DNA of 64,000 nucleotides, taken from Treponemataceae bacterium. GTDB taxonomy: Bacteria > Spirochaetota > Spirochaetia > Treponematales > Rectinemataceae. Positions within the stretch are counted from its first letter, which is position 1, and each line of letters opens with the position of its first letter. The notes beneath the pieces were generated by a model that made no database searches, had not been told where the DNA came from, and saw only the letters and a list, made by a program, of their open reading frames with translations. This document shows positions 1 to 11,631 of the stretch, one piece after another. The stretch spans positions 1,216,001-1,280,000 of the forward strand of contig CAXXHO010000003.1 in the NCBI GenBank assembly GCA_963667725.2. The letters run 5' to 3'. The translations under genes and the position numbers were made by a program.

Positions 1-67
1 TGGCTTGCGCGGACAGGGGAAATGTCCTTTACTAGGAATATCATTCGCTGGAGATAAGGAGGAGGCC

Positions 68-967
<900 letters not shown>

Positions 968-994
968 ACTCTCAGGAGGGCGTGGAGGCAGTCC

Positions 995-1849
995 ATGCAC
1001 GATGCCGAGTATTTTTCCCGTCTCGAGGACGCCCGCGTCCAATGCAGGTTATGTCCCCATGCCTGTATCCTGGGCGAGGCGGACAGCGGAACATGCCGGA
1101 CGAGGATGAACGAAGGCGGCAAAATGCTGCTTCCTTTCTACGGCCTCATATCATCCATAGCCCTCGATCCCATCGAGAAAAAACCGCTTCGCCGCTTTCT
1201 ACCCGGAACCAGGACTTTTTCCGTCGGGTTCTGGCACTGCACGATGCGTTGCCCCTTCTGCCAGAACTGGGAAATCGCCCAGCCCAGAACCGTGGAAGCC
1301 AGAGTCATCAGCCCCGAAGCCTTGGTCGATATGGCCCGCGATTCCGGCCTGCCTTCCATAAGTTTCACCTATTCCGAACCCTGTCTTCATATAGAATATG
1401 TCAAGGAATGCATGAGGCTGGCACGGGCGCAGGGATTGAAGACTGTGCTCGTGACGAACGGCAACCTCCTCGAAGCGCCCGCCAGAGACATCCTTTCGTT
1501 CACCGACGCGACAAACATCGATCTCAAGTGCTACTCGGCCTCTACCTACCATAACAAGCTCGGCGGAGAACTTGAGACTGTTAAGAAATTCATACAAATT
1601 GCCATCGCTTCCTGCCACACTGAGATCACCTCGCTTCTCGTCCCGGGCATCTTGGACAGCGAGGAAGAAATGCGGGGCATCGCTTCCTTCCTCGGCTTCC
1701 TTTCCAGAGAGATACCCCTCCATATAACGCCCTATCATCCCGCCTTCCAATGGAACCTGCCGCCTCTCTCGAGCCGGGAAATGGATAGAATCGCCGCTCC
1801 CGCCTTTGAATATCTGAACAATGTGTACGTCGCCCAACCCATTTACTGA
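995..1849 (+). CDS. amrS: AmmeMemoRadiSam-system radical SAM enzyme (PflA-like)
   Basis: N-terminal CxLCPHxC, DPIEKKPL motif, CxxxCxxC (CTMRCPFCQN), FTYSEP, VTNG. Confidence 0.85.
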   Translation: MHDAEYFSRLEDARVQCRLCPHACILGEADSGTCRTRMNEGGKMLLPFYGLISSIALDPIEKKPLRRFLPGTRTFSVGFWHCTMRCPFCQNWEIAQPRTVEARVISPEALVDMARDSGLPSISFTYSEPCLHIEYVKECMRLARAQGLKTVLVTNGNLLEAPARDILSFTDATNIDLKCYSASTYHNKLGGELETVKKFIQIAIASCHTEITSLLVPGILDSEEEMRGIASFLGFLSREIPLHITPYHPAFQWNLPPLSSREMDRIAAPAFEYLNNVYVAQPIY

Positions 1850-1885
1850 AAATCGGCAGGGAATTTAAAAAAAACATTTTTCCCC

Positions 1886-1914
1886 TTGACATAAAAAGGA
1901 GTTTTCGTCATTGT
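1886..1914 (+). promoter_or_regulatory. Sigma70 promoter of the tRNA cluster
   Basis: TTGACA (1886) -17 nt- CATTGT, with an A/T-rich UP-like tract upstream. Confidence 0.55.
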
Positions 1915-1932
1915 ATTGCCTGCCGATTGCAC

Positions 1933-2006
1933 GGTGGGTGTAGCTCAGGTGGTAGAGTGCCAGACTGTGGATCTGGTTGTCGTGGGTTCAAACCCCATCA
2001 CCCACC
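1933..2006 (+). tRNA. tRNA-His(GTG), with encoded G-1
   Basis: Cloverleaf; acceptor GTGGGTG/CACCCAC; anticodon arm CCAGA-CT-GTG-GA-TCTGG; GTTCAAA T-loop. Confidence 0.95.
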
Positions 2007-2060
2007 CGAGTCCAGATCCCGCACCATACTGTTGGAATTGGGTCTGTGCCTTGATTAGAC

Positions 2061-2134
2061 GCGTTCGTAGCTCAGCTGGATAGAGCGACGGACTTCGAAT
2101 CCGTAGGTCGCAGGTTCGATTCCTGTCGGACGCA
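2061..2134 (+). tRNA. tRNA-Arg(TCG)
   Basis: Anticodon arm ACGGA-CT-TCG-AA-TCCGT; GGTTCGATTCC T-arm. Confidence 0.95.
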
Positions 2135-2147
2135 TGTTTTGTTTTTT

Positions 2148-2220
2148 GGGCCGCTAGCTCAGCTGGCAGAGCAACAGACTCTTAATCTGTGGGTCGCAGG
2201 TTCGAAACCTGCGCGGCTCA
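2148..2220 (+). tRNA. tRNA-Lys(CTT)
   Basis: Anticodon arm ACAGA-CT-CTT-AA-TCTGT; GGTTCGAAACC T-arm. Confidence 0.95.
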
Positions 2221-2271
2221 TGAGCAAGGTGATCGGTCAACTTCCGCCTGGCGCAAGTTGACTGCTCTCTC

Positions 2272-2301
2272 TTGACAACGCGGTGGTCGTTCCGCTAGGA
2301 T
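2272..2301 (+). promoter_or_regulatory. Internal sigma70 promoter before tRNA-Leu
   Basis: TTGACA -18 nt- TAGGAT. Confidence 0.5.
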
Positions 2302-2312
2302 GCGCTTCGTGC

Positions 2313-2393
2313 GCGAGAGTGGTGGAATGGCAGACACGCTAGACTTAGGATCTAGTGCCTTACGGCGTGAGGGTTCAAGTCCCTTCTCTCGCA
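2313..2393 (+). tRNA. tRNA-Leu(TAG)
   Basis: Anticodon arm CTAGA-CT-TAG-GA-TCTAG; long variable arm; GTTCAAG T-loop. Confidence 0.95.
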
Positions 2394-2446
2394 GGTTGTT
2401 CCTGCTTAGCGCGGGAATCGGCTGCATCGAGAAGGCGCGTAATTGC

Positions 2447-2521
2447 GCGGGAATAGCTCAGTGGTAGAGCGCGACCTTGCCAAGGTCGATGTCGCGGGTC
2501 CGACTCCCGTTTCCCGCTCCA
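2447..2521 (+). tRNA. tRNA-Gly(GCC), with encoded CCA
   Basis: Acceptor GCGGGAA/TTCCCGC; anticodon arm CGACC-TT-GCC-AA-GGTCG. The T-loop reads TCCGACT. Confidence 0.92.
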
Positions 2522-2661
2522 ACAATGTGGCGATTCGGAACCTGCCGAATCGCCTTTTTTTTTGTGCTTCACGGGGATATACTTAACTGATAAACGGCCT
2601 CGTAAAGCTACCAATGCCTGCCTTTGACGGCGAGGCTAAACTTTCCTTCCGAGAGGAACTT

Positions 2662-4017
2662 ATGGTGATTTCTGAAAAGAAGACCGAAAAGCTCGAACAC
2701 TCCAAAGTCAAGATGACGGCAACCGTCCCGGCCGCCGATGTCCGAACGATCTACGATGAAATGATGAATGAATACACCCGCAGCGTCAAGCTGGACGGAT
2801 TCAGGAAGGGCCATGTGCCCGCCTCAGTCCTCGAGAGGAAGTTCGGGGACAGCCTCAGGCTCGATGCCATGAGCAGGGTTCTCGAGAAGGCCGTGGAAGC
2901 GGCGCTCGCTGACAGCGAGGAAAAGCCCCTCGCCTACGAAGCCCCAGCCCTCGACGGCGAACCTGAATTCGCGGTCGACAAGGATTTTACCTTCAGCGTC
3001 ACCTACGACATTTTCCCTGTCTTCGCGATTCCTTCCCTCGACGCGATCGAGATTTCCCTTCCCAAGGTGGAAGTCAGCGAAGACGATATGAACCGCGAGC
3101 TCGATCAGGTTCGCGACAGGAACGCCATCGTCGTCGAGAAGACTGAAGCCGCCGTCAAGGGCGACATCGTTACCCTCAACTGGTCGGAGCTGAACGCGGA
3201 AGGCGCCGCCGTAGAAGGCAGTTCGCGCGAGGATTTCACGTTCGAGATCGGCAAGGGCCTTAACCTCTATAAGTTCGACGACGAAATCGTCGGCATGGCG
3301 GCCGGGGACAGCAAGACCTTCAGCAAAACCTATGCCGAGGACTTCGAATACAAGGAACTGGCGGGCAAGACTGTCACGCTTTCCGTGAAAGTGACCAAGG
3401 TCAAGCAGAAGAACCTTCCCGCCCTGGACGACGAGCTCGCCCAGGATATCTCCGAAAAGTACAAAACCCTCGACGACCTGAAGAAGGCCCTGAGGACGCA
3501 GCTCCAGACTTCCCTCGACGCCCGCCTCCGCGAGCTCAAAGAAAAGGCGATCATCGATGAACTGCTCAAAAGAACGAGCATCGATATTCCCGAATCCATG
3601 AGTGCTGCCGAGCTTTCGATGCGCTGGGATTCCCTCAAGCGCGAGATGGGCATCGATACCGACGAGAAAATGGAAAGAATAGCCGAATATTCAGGCAAGA
3701 GCCGCGCCCAGCTCTATGAAGACTGGAAGCCCCTCGTCCAGAAGGCTATCTCCGGCAGGCTTGTCCTCGACAAGCTGATCGAAGCCGGGTCCTTCGTGGC
3801 CACCGACGCTGATCTCGCCGCCGAATACGCAAAGCAAGCCGAAGGAACATCCATGTCGGCCGAGGAAGTGAAGGCCGAGTACGAAAAGCGCCAGTCCGTC
3901 GAGTACCTGAAAGAACACATCTGCGAAAACAAGTTTTTCGATTCCGTCCTCGCGAGCGCTGTAATCAAGGAAGGCGAAGCGGTCTCCTTTGTGGACTTCA
4001 TGGGCAGGAATGAGTAA
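2662..4017 (+). CDS. tig: Trigger factor
   Basis: GFRKGHVP ribosome-binding signature, FKBP domain, LPALDDELA; directly upstream of clpP-clpX. RBS GAGAGG before ATG 2662. Confidence 0.95.
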   Translation: MVISEKKTEKLEHSKVKMTATVPAADVRTIYDEMMNEYTRSVKLDGFRKGHVPASVLERKFGDSLRLDAMSRVLEKAVEAALADSEEKPLAYEAPALDGEPEFAVDKDFTFSVTYDIFPVFAIPSLDAIEISLPKVEVSEDDMNRELDQVRDRNAIVVEKTEAAVKGDIVTLNWSELNAEGAAVEGSSREDFTFEIGKGLNLYKFDDEIVGMAAGDSKTFSKTYAEDFEYKELAGKTVTLSVKVTKVKQKNLPALDDELAQDISEKYKTLDDLKKALRTQLQTSLDARLRELKEKAIIDELLKRTSIDIPESMSAAELSMRWDSLKREMGIDTDEKMERIAEYSGKSRAQLYEDWKPLVQKAISGRLVLDKLIEAGSFVATDADLAAEYAKQAEGTSMSAEEVKAEYEKRQSVEYLKEHICENKFFDSVLASAVIKEGEAVSFVDFMGRNE

Positions 4018-4073
4018 TTTGTAAGGGCTTGAATGCTACTGAACATAATTGCCATAGCTCTAAGGAAACCGCG

Positions 4074-4694
4074 ATGAATGAACAAATGAACAATCTGGTG
4101 CCCATCGTCATTGAACAGACGGGCATCGGTGAACGATCCTACGATATCTACTCCCGTCTTCTCAAAGACCGCGTCGTGTTCATCGACGGGGAAATCAACG
4201 ATATCACCGCCGACCTTATCGTCGCGCAGCTGCTCTTCCTGGAATCCCAGGATCCGGGAAGGGACATTTCCATCTATATCAACTGCCCGGGAGGCTCGGT
4301 TACCGCCGGCCTCTCCATCTACGACACGATCCAGTACATCAAGCCCGACGTACAGACAATCTGCCTCGGCCAGGCCTCGTCCATGGCCGCTCTCATTCTC
4401 GCCTGCGGCACGCCCGGCAAACGCTTCGCCCTTCCCTCCTCGAGGATTCTCATCCACCAGCCCTGGGGAAACGCTTCGGGCCAGTCCAGCGACATAAGCC
4501 TTCAGGCTCGCGAGATTGTCCGCCTCAAGAAACTCACCATCGAATACTTTGCCCGTCATACGGGCAAGGAAATCGAGCGCCTAGCATCCGACATGGAACG
4601 CGATTTCTACATGAGCGCGCAGGAAGCCATCGAATACGGCCTGGCGGATAAAATTATGGAGTCCAGAAAGCATGCCCAAATCCAAAAAGCCTGA
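4074..4694 (+). CDS. clpP: ATP-dependent Clp protease proteolytic subunit
   Basis: [20 protein letters not shown] (catalytic Ser), IHQP (His), ERDFYM (Asp). Confidence 0.97.
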   Translation: MNEQMNNLVPIVIEQTGIGERSYDIYSRLLKDRVVFIDGEINDITADLIVAQLLFLESQDPGRDISIYINCPGGSVTAGLSIYDTIQYIKPDVQTICLGQASSMAALILACGTPGKRFALPSSRILIHQPWGNASGQSSDISLQAREIVRLKKLTIEYFARHTGKEIERLASDMERDFYMSAQEAIEYGLADKIMESRKHAQIQKA

Positions 4695-5925
4695 ACAGTC
4701 TGAACCGGAAGCTTTCTGTTCCTTCTGCGGCAAAAGCAACGCGTTCGCGAAAAAAATGATCGCCGGTCCAGGCGTGAATATCTGCGATGAGTGCATCAAT
4801 GTCTGCGAGCAGATTCTCAGGGAGGAAGAGCAGAAAATATCCTCCTCTTTCCTCGAGGACGTGCCTAAGCCCAAGGCTATCAAGGATTATCTCGACAATT
4901 ACGTCATCGGCCAGGATTCCGCGAAGCGCGTGCTGTCGGTGGCCGTCTACAACCATTACAAGCGCATACAGCATCGGCAGATCGCCGATTCGGACGTCGA
5001 ACTCGAAAAGGCCAACGTCCTCCTCATCGGCCCCACGGGGACCGGAAAGACTCTTCTCGCCAAGACCCTCGCCAAAAAGCTGAAGGTTCCCTTCGCCATC
5101 GCCGACGCCACCACGCTCACGGAAGCCGGCTACGTAGGCGAGGACGTGGAGAATATCCTCCTAAAGCTCATTCAGGCCGCCGGCGGCAACATAGAGGCGG
5201 CGGAGCGCGGCATCATCTATATCGACGAAATCGATAAGATCGCGCGCAAGAGCGAGAACGCCTCGATAACGCGCGACGTTTCGGGCGAAGGCGTCCAGCA
5301 AGCACTCCTGAAGATCATCGAGGGAACCATCGCGAACGTCCCTCCTCAGGGCGGGCGCAAGCATCCCAACCAGGAATATCTCAAGATAGACACCACGAAC
5401 ATCCTGTTCATTTTCGGCGGCGCCTTCGTCAGTCTCGACAAGATCATCGAGTCGAGAGTATCCAGCCACGCGCTCGGCTTCGGGGCCGACATCAAGCTGC
5501 ACAGCGAGAAGAATCTCCACGAAATATATTCGCATCTGCATCCGGACGATCTCATCAGGTTTGGCATGATACCTGAGTTCATCGGCCGCCTTCCCATCCA
5601 CGTCGCCCTGGACGATCTCAGCAAGGATGACCTGAAACGCATCATAACCGAACCGAGAAATTCGGTGCTGCGCCAGTACCAGGCCTCCCTGAAGCTGGAT
5701 AACGTTGAACTCGTCTTCGAGAACGACGCCGTGGAGGCGATCGCTGAAAAGGCGATTTCGCAGAAAACGGGAGCCAGGGGCCTCCGCTCCATCGTCGAAG
5801 CCATGATGATAGACATCATGTTCGACCTTCCTAGCGAAAAAGGCATTAAACGCGTCATCATAAACAAGGCTGTCGTGGAAGGTACGATTCCCTGCATCGT
5901 CGAATATGAAAAAAAGACGGCTTGA
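4672..5925 (+). CDS. clpX: ATP-dependent Clp protease ATP-binding subunit
   Basis: Zn finger CSFCGK...ICDEC, Walker [33 protein letters not shown] loop. Confidence 0.97.
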   Translation: MPKSKKPEQSEPEAFCSFCGKSNAFAKKMIAGPGVNICDECINVCEQILREEEQKISSSFLEDVPKPKAIKDYLDNYVIGQDSAKRVLSVAVYNHYKRIQHRQIADSDVELEKANVLLIGPTGTGKTLLAKTLAKKLKVPFAIADATTLTEAGYVGEDVENILLKLIQAAGGNIEAAERGIIYIDEIDKIARKSENASITRDVSGEGVQQALLKIIEGTIANVPPQGGRKHPNQEYLKIDTTNILFIFGGAFVSLDKIIESRVSSHALGFGADIKLHSEKNLHEIYSHLHPDDLIRFGMIPEFIGRLPIHVALDDLSKDDLKRIITEPRNSVLRQYQASLKLDNVELVFENDAVEAIAEKAISQKTGARGLRSIVEAMMIDIMFDLPSEKGIKRVIINKAVVEGTIPCIVEYEKKTA

Positions 5926-5954
5926 GAGATTGCGCCAGCCAGGCGCCTAAATTC

Positions 5955-6048
5955 GCAACACCGGGGTGTCACGAAATCCTTCGTTGAAGGATATCGTGTC
6001 TGAGATAAGACCCGATGAACCTGATCCGGGTAATACCGGCGGAGGGAG
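5955..6048 (+). ncRNA. TPP riboswitch
   Basis: Conserved elements GGGGTG...CTGAGA...ACCCG...GAACCTGATCCGGGTAATACCGGCGGAGGGA, directly upstream of a thiamine ABC transporter. Confidence 0.93.
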
Positions 6049-6050
6049 AA

Positions 6051-7106
6051 ATGAATACCATTCGTTTCTTTAAAACGAGGACTTCACGCAAGTCTTTCGT
6101 CGCATTTTTTTCCACGGTCCTTATGACCGTCCTTGTAGCGATCCTGGCGACATCCTGCCAGGAGGCCGAATCCAAAAACCTGACCGTATGGACCTACGAC
6201 TCCTTCGTGTCCGAATGGGGTCCGGGCGCTGGGCTCGCGAAGCTCTACGAGGAAAAAACCGGCACGAAAGTGGAATTCGTATCCAAGGGCGATGGAGGCG
6301 GGCTTCTCGCCGCCGTCCTCAATGCCGGCAAGAAAGCCGAAGCCGATATCGTCATCGGACTCGACGACAACATGGCCGGACAAGCCCTGAAAACCGGCTT
6401 ATTCAGCAGCGTCACGTTGAACAATCTCCCCAAAATCGATCCCAAACTCCTTGTGGATGAAAAAAATCGGCTCATTCCCTACGATTACGGCAACTTCGCC
6501 ATCATATGGGACAGCGAGTCCGGAATAACGCCTCCCTCCAGCCTGGAAGATCTCACGAAACCCGAGTATGCCAAAAAACTGATACTAATGGATCCGCGCA
6601 CCTCGACGCCCGGCCTGGGATTCCTCGCCTGGACCCAGGCGATCTATGGGGAAAACTGGCAGGATTACTGGAAGCGCCTGGGTCCGTCGGTGCTCGCGAT
6701 GACGCCCGGCTGGGACACAGGCTATGGGCTTTTCACGAAGGGAGAGGCGCCTCTAGTCCTGAGCTACAGCACGAGTCCAGCCTATCACAAGGCATACGAG
6801 AACACCGAACGATACAAAGCCCTTGTTTTCGCCGAAGGGCATTCGGCCCAAATAGAACTGGCAGGCCTCCTCTCCTCATCCAAACACAAAAAGGAAGCGG
6901 AAAGATTCCTCGACTTCCTCATCTCCGAGGAAGCGCAGGCCATCCTGCCCGAAACCCAGTGGATGTATCCCGCCAACGGATCTACGACGCTCCCCGCATC
7001 CTTCTCCGTCGTGCCGGTCGATATCGTCACCCTGAAAACGGGAATCGCCGATTTCCGTAGCGATTCCGAAACGGCGGCGGCTTTGCTGGCTGAAGCGGCC
7101 CGCTGA
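6051..7106 (+). CDS. thiB: Thiamine ABC transporter substrate-binding lipoprotein
   Basis: TYDSFVSEWGPG, DPRTSTPG, LVLSYSTSPAYH; lipobox LATSC; follows a TPP riboswitch. Confidence 0.92.
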   Translation: MNTIRFFKTRTSRKSFVAFFSTVLMTVLVAILATSCQEAESKNLTVWTYDSFVSEWGPGAGLAKLYEEKTGTKVEFVSKGDGGGLLAAVLNAGKKAEADIVIGLDDNMAGQALKTGLFSSVTLNNLPKIDPKLLVDEKNRLIPYDYGNFAIIWDSESGITPPSSLEDLTKPEYAKKLILMDPRTSTPGLGFLAWTQAIYGENWQDYWKRLGPSVLAMTPGWDTGYGLFTKGEAPLVLSYSTSPAYHKAYENTERYKALVFAEGHSAQIELAGLLSSSKHKKEAERFLDFLISEEAQAILPETQWMYPANGSTTLPASFSVVPVDIVTLKTGIADFRSDSETAAALLAEAAR

Positions 7107-7124
7107 GACGGTGAGGGAATCCCG

Positions 7125-8903
7125 ATGAGAGGCAGGAACGCGAGTTCCCTGAAGGCTATCGCCTTCGTGGCGGTGGCCTTCACCCTATCTCCGCTTATCG
7201 CCTTCTCGCTGTCTTCCTTTCAGAGTACAGCGGGAAGCGTCTATCCTGGCGTCGCCATTCCTGGCGTCGCCAGGAATGGCGATGCCGGAAGTGGCGGCGC
7301 GGTTTCGGCGGCTCTCCTCGTACGCTCGCTTTTTTCTCCGTCCACCCTCGCGGCCCTCAAATTCAGCCTGACCCAGGCCTTCTTAAGCACTTTGCTCGCC
7401 CTGATCATCGGTTTTCCGGGCGCCTATTTCATCGCCAAATACGACTTTCGCGGCAGGCGCTTCTTTCTGGCGCTCGCCGCGATTCCTTTCTGCCTTCCGT
7501 CCATACTGGTCATTCTTTCCTTCATCCTTTACTACGGAAAAAACGGCTGGTTTACTCAGGCCCTTTCCTTGGCAGGCCTGGAATGGCAGGGCGGCAGCCT
7601 CCTCTACTCGCTCTGGGGACTCGTCTTCGTCCATGCCTTCTACAACTTTCCCATAATCATCCAGAACGTCGGCTCTGTCTGGGCCAAGATGCCCAGAAGT
7701 AGGGAGGAGGCGGCCAGAACCCTGGGCGCCGGCAGACTGCGCGCATTTTCAGTAGGCACCCTTCCCTATCTCCTGCCCTCCATCCTCCAGTCCGCCAGCC
7801 TGGTCTTCCTATTCTGCTTTTTCAGCTTCACTATCGTCCTCGTGTTCGGCGGCCTGGCCGGCACGACGCTGGAAGTGGGAATCTACAGGGCGATACGGTT
7901 TACGAACGACAAGCCCAAAGCACTCGTCCTCGCTTTTGCGCAGACCGTCATAGCCCTCCTGGCTGTGGGCGCCTTTTCGCATTTCGACAGGAAAAGCGTC
8001 GCGGCGGCGAAGGGTTTCGGGGAGTCGCCCTCGCGCGGATCGCCCTCGGGAGCCGCCATTACCGCTATCGTCGCGTACTTCGCGCTCATCGTCGTGTTTT
8101 TCCTGGGTCCCCTCTTCGCGCTTGCCGCCGAGGCGTTCATGGTGCGAAGCTCCATGGCGGGGGGGATCCGGTTCGGGCTGGATAATTTCGCGCGCCTGCT
8201 TGGCTTGAACATCTTCGGGACTCGTCCCTCCGGCGCGAACCTCACGGGCGGCGCCCCGCTGCTGAAGGCCGCGGCCTACAGTCTTCTCCTGAGCGGGTCG
8301 GCCGCCCTCTTGGCTACTTTTTTCGGCCTGGCGATCGCCGCCTCATCGCATTACGGCGAAAGAACGACCTTAGGCAAAGGCCCGAGCGGCTGGAAGGGGC
8401 TTCTCGGCATCGGCGGCGCGAGAACTTCGCTGAGCGGCTGGATCACTTTGCTGCCGCTCGCCCTTTCGCCCGCCCTCATCACGGCGGGATGGAGCGCGCT
8501 GCTCGATTCTAGCGGCGGCATCCTCATCGTGATCGGCCAGACATCGATCGCCTGGCCCTTTGTCGCCCGCTCCCTCTCGGCGGCTTTCTCGGCCCTCGAC
8601 AGGAGAAAGAACGAGGCGGCGCGGACGTTAGGTTCCGGGCCTTTCCACGCTCTCGCGCGCGTGGACGCGGCCATCATCGCGCCCTCGGTGGCCAGCGCCG
8701 CCGCCTTCGCCTTCTCCATCACCATGGGCGACGTCAATATTCCTCTCATCCTCGGAAGCGGGAAGTACGAGACACTCCCCCTTCTGCTCTACAGGCTCAC
8801 CTCATCGTATCGCTTCAACGAGGCTTGCGCGGTGGGCATCATCCTGGCGATCTTCACGAGCGTCGCTTTTTTCTTCAAAGAGAGAACCAATGAATCATCT
8901 TGA
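7125..8903 (+). CDS. thiP: Thiamine ABC transporter permease
   Basis: Two EAA loops (EEAARTLGA, NEAARTLGS), many TM segments; in operon with thiB. Confidence 0.88.
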   Translation: MRGRNASSLKAIAFVAVAFTLSPLIAFSLSSFQSTAGSVYPGVAIPGVARNGDAGSGGAVSAALLVRSLFSPSTLAALKFSLTQAFLSTLLALIIGFPGAYFIAKYDFRGRRFFLALAAIPFCLPSILVILSFILYYGKNGWFTQALSLAGLEWQGGSLLYSLWGLVFVHAFYNFPIIIQNVGSVWAKMPRSREEAARTLGAGRLRAFSVGTLPYLLPSILQSASLVFLFCFFSFTIVLVFGGLAGTTLEVGIYRAIRFTNDKPKALVLAFAQTVIALLAVGAFSHFDRKSVAAAKGFGESPSRGSPSGAAITAIVAYFALIVVFFLGPLFALAAEAFMVRSSMAGGIRFGLDNFARLLGLNIFGTRPSGANLTGGAPLLKAAAYSLLLSGSAALLATFFGLAIAASSHYGERTTLGKGPSGWKGLLGIGGARTSLSGWITLLPLALSPALITAGWSALLDSSGGILIVIGQTSIAWPFVARSLSAAFSALDRRKNEAARTLGSGPFHALARVDAAIIAPSVASAAAFAFSITMGDVNIPLILGSGKYETLPLLLYRLTSSYRFNEACAVGIILAIFTSVAFFFKERTNESS

Positions 8904-10047
8904 AATTTCAGGTTTGGGCTTCGCGCGCGGAGATTTCAGCCTCTCGGCATCCCTCGCTCTGGAGAAGGGCATGACAGGCGTCATACTGGGGCCATCGGGC
9001 TGCGGCAAGACCACGCTGCTTCGGTGCGTCGCCGGCCTGGAGCGCCAGAACTCGGGGAGCATCGTCGTCGAAGGCAGGGAAATCGGCCTTATGCCGCCGG
9101 AACAACGCAATATCGGCTTCGTATTCCAGGACCTCGCTCTTTTCGATCATCTGACGGGGAGGAAAAACATCGAGTTCGGCCTCGAGCGGAGAAAAATCCG
9201 CGGGACAGAGGCAGGCCTCATCGTCGAAACCCTGGCCGAGAAACTGAGAATAACAGCGCTGCTCGACCGAAGGCCATTCGCCATGTCCGGAGGCGAAAGG
9301 CAGAGGCTGGCCTTCGCGAGAGCCATCGCGGCAAAACCGGGCCTCCTCCTCATGGACGAGCCCCTCTCCTCGCTCGACGCGCCCCTCAGGCGGGAGCTGA
9401 GGGCTTATCTGCGATCGACGCTTTCGCGCGAAGGCATAACCGCGCTTCACGTGACCCACGATGTGGAAGAAGCCCTGGAACTGGGCGACAGGATTTTTCT
9501 CATGAACGCGGGAAGAATCCTCGCCGGAGGCACGCCTCAGGCCATCTACGAGAATCCGCCCGACGCATGGTGCGTTCGCTTCCTCGGGCTGGGCTCTCTC
9601 CTGCCGGTGAAGGCCATTGAGGCTCATGGAGAGGGCTGGATGGTGGCCGTCACTCCCTTCGGCCGCTTTACATGCCCTGCGGCCGCCTGCAAGGTAGACG
9701 GAAAGGACGGCGGGGATCATGGCGTCTTTTTCTTCATACCGAGGAAGGCCGTTTATGTAGCGGAAGCCGCAGCAGCGGTCGCGGCCGCGGCGGAAGCGAC
9801 CGGCATCGACCGCATGGACGCGATCGTGGAAAGGGTGGTTTTTCAGGGCAATTACAGAAGGATAGCGCTGAGGCCCTTGCTTTCCAGACAGCGGGTCGGC
9901 GGCATCGGCGCGGAAAGCTCCGGCGCGGAGGATGTCATCGAGATGGAAGCCGATCTTTCGTTCAGAATCGTCCCGGGCGAGAAAATCAGGCTTTCCATCG
10001 ATCCGGGGAAATGCGGCATCCTGCCCCTGCACGCAACGGCCGGCTGA
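8890..10047 (+). CDS. thiQ: Thiamine ABC transporter ATP-binding protein
   Basis: GPSGCGKT, MSGGERQR, LLMDEP, VTHD; overlaps the thiP stop. Confidence 0.8.
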   Translation: MNHLEISGLGFARGDFSLSASLALEKGMTGVILGPSGCGKTTLLRCVAGLERQNSGSIVVEGREIGLMPPEQRNIGFVFQDLALFDHLTGRKNIEFGLERRKIRGTEAGLIVETLAEKLRITALLDRRPFAMSGGERQRLAFARAIAAKPGLLLMDEPLSSLDAPLRRELRAYLRSTLSREGITALHVTHDVEEALELGDRIFLMNAGRILAGGTPQAIYENPPDAWCVRFLGLGSLLPVKAIEAHGEGWMVAVTPFGRFTCPAAACKVDGKDGGDHGVFFFIPRKAVYVAEAAAAVAAAAEATGIDRMDAIVERVVFQGNYRRIALRPLLSRQRVGGIGAESSGAEDVIEMEADLSFRIVPGEKIRLSIDPGKCGILPLHATAG

Positions 10048-10048
10048 C

Positions 10049-10576
10049 TCAGCGGCTGTCGTCCAGAATTTTCAAGATAGCGCCAGCCGAATCGCTCGTG
10101 GATTCGTTTTCCTTCCAGCGATAGACGAATCGGCTGGCCTCCTCGTAGAGAGGCCTCCTGAGGCGCAGAAGTTCTTCTGCCTTTCTCGCGTAGTCGTCGG
10201 AATTGAGGAGGGGTCGGTGGCCGGTTTCGCCCGCAAGCCTGCGCAGGAGTTCCGCGAGGGGTACATCGATCCAGACGGTGCTGTAGGCGCTCGCGAGAAG
10301 CTTCCTGTTGGCGGGCGACATGACAATGCCGCCGCCGCAGGATAGGACGAAGTCGCCGTCGCGCCGCCCAAGGTCGGATAGCATTACCTCCTCCAGCTTC
10401 CTGAAGGCGGCTTCCCCTTCGCTTTCGAATATTTCGCGAATGCTACGCGCGCTGTCGCGCTCTATCTCCTCATCCGTATCCAGGAAAGGAACCGCCAGCC
10501 TCGAAGCCAAAACCTGGCCAATGCGGCTTTTGCCGCTCCCCATAAAGCCGATGAGGGCTATCTTGCGTCCTTTCAC
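10049..10576 (-). CDS. aroK: Shikimate kinase
   Basis: IGFMGSGKS, EGEAAFR, CGGG, RPLL. Confidence 0.93.
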   Translation of the reverse strand: MKGRKIALIGFMGSGKSRIGQVLASRLAVPFLDTDEEIERDSARSIREIFESEGEAAFRKLEEVMLSDLGRRDGDFVLSCGGGIVMSPANRKLLASAYSTVWIDVPLAELLRRLAGETGHRPLLNSDDYARKAEELLRLRRPLYEEASRFVYRWKENESTSDSAGAILKILDDSR

Positions 10577-11590
10577 CTAGAGAATCTCACGGATGACCCT
10601 CTCCCAGTTCTTCGAGAAGATCTTTTCGATCTGCCCCGCCGCGTAGCCGCGCCGCGAGAGGGCCTGCGCCAGGATGGGAAACTCGGAAGCGTCAGCCAGG
10701 ACATGGCCTTCCACGCCTCTGTAACCGTCGAAATCCGAGCCAAGGGCTGCCGAATCCAATCCGCCTACGTTGACGATGTGGTCTATATGGTCGATCAGGT
10801 GCTCAAGGAAGGATTTCTCAGGCTTCATGGACACGAAATTGGGCACGAAAACGGCCCCGACGGCGCCGCCCCCTTCCGCGATCCGCCTGATCTGCCTGTC
10901 CTCGAGGTTGCGCGGATGGTCGTTCAGGCTGCGGGCGTTGGAATGCGAGGCGATGAAAGGCCTCCTGGCCACCTGGGCCAGGTCGTCGAAGGCTTTGTCC
11001 GAGAGATGGGAGCAGTCCACGATCATGCCCATGGACTCCATTTTCTCCACAAGCTCGCGGCCCAGCGGCGTCAGGCCGTCCTCTCCTTCAGCCCGAACGC
11101 CGCGCCCGAAGGCGTTCCGCCTGTTCCAGGTGATGCCGATGGCGCGCACGCCGCGGCCGTAGAATTCATCCACGGAATCCAGGCTGCCTTCCAGGGCTTC
11201 GGCTCCTTCAATGGAGAGAAGGCCGCCCACGCTGACTCCCGGCAAAGCCTTGTCCAGGTCCGAAGCGGTCCTGATGGCGAACATCCGACCTTCGGCTTTA
11301 GCGCAGATCGCCTCGAACTCATCGATGAGTCCATGCGTATAGGCTTTTACCCGCGGCAGATCCGCGTCTTCGGCGAAAAGCGCCATGAACTGACAGCGGA
11401 CTCTTCCTTCCAGAAGCTTCGGAAGATCGATATGGCTGATTTCGTTTCTCGCGAGAAAATCACGTCTTCCCGTATCGCCGGGAATCTGGCTCTTGCCGAT
11501 GACGGCGAGAAGGGCATCGCAGTGCGCGTCGATGACAGGGAAATAGGCATCCTCTACGGCGAATTCCCCGCTGGGGCTTTTTTGCATCAT
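10577..11590 (-). CDS. Membrane dipeptidase (peptidase M19)
   Basis: DAHCD, SIEG, ITWN, VDCSH, ASHSN, PRNL, GSDFDG. Confidence 0.9.
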   Translation of the reverse strand: MMQKSPSGEFAVEDAYFPVIDAHCDALLAVIGKSQIPGDTGRRDFLARNEISHIDLPKLLEGRVRCQFMALFAEDADLPRVKAYTHGLIDEFEAICAKAEGRMFAIRTASDLDKALPGVSVGGLLSIEGAEALEGSLDSVDEFYGRGVRAIGITWNRRNAFGRGVRAEGEDGLTPLGRELVEKMESMGMIVDCSHLSDKAFDDLAQVARRPFIASHSNARSLNDHPRNLEDRQIRRIAEGGGAVGAVFVPNFVSMKPEKSFLEHLIDHIDHIVNVGGLDSAALGSDFDGYRGVEGHVLADASEFPILAQALSRRGYAAGQIEKIFSKNWERVIREIL

Positions 11591-11631
11591 AACTTCCTTG
11601 AATTTGCTTTAAGGCCTAAAAGTCAAGGCGA

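Noticed and set aside
2409..2454. GCGCGGGAAT duplicated upstream of tRNA-Gly, as a possible att site or tRNA remnant
   Set aside because: Only 10 nt, it matches the 5' end rather than the 3' end, and no integrase is nearby.
7244..7272. Tandem 14-nt repeat TCCTGGCGTCGCCA in thiP
   Set aside because: Two copies only, in frame (PGVA-I-PGVA); a local duplication, not an array.
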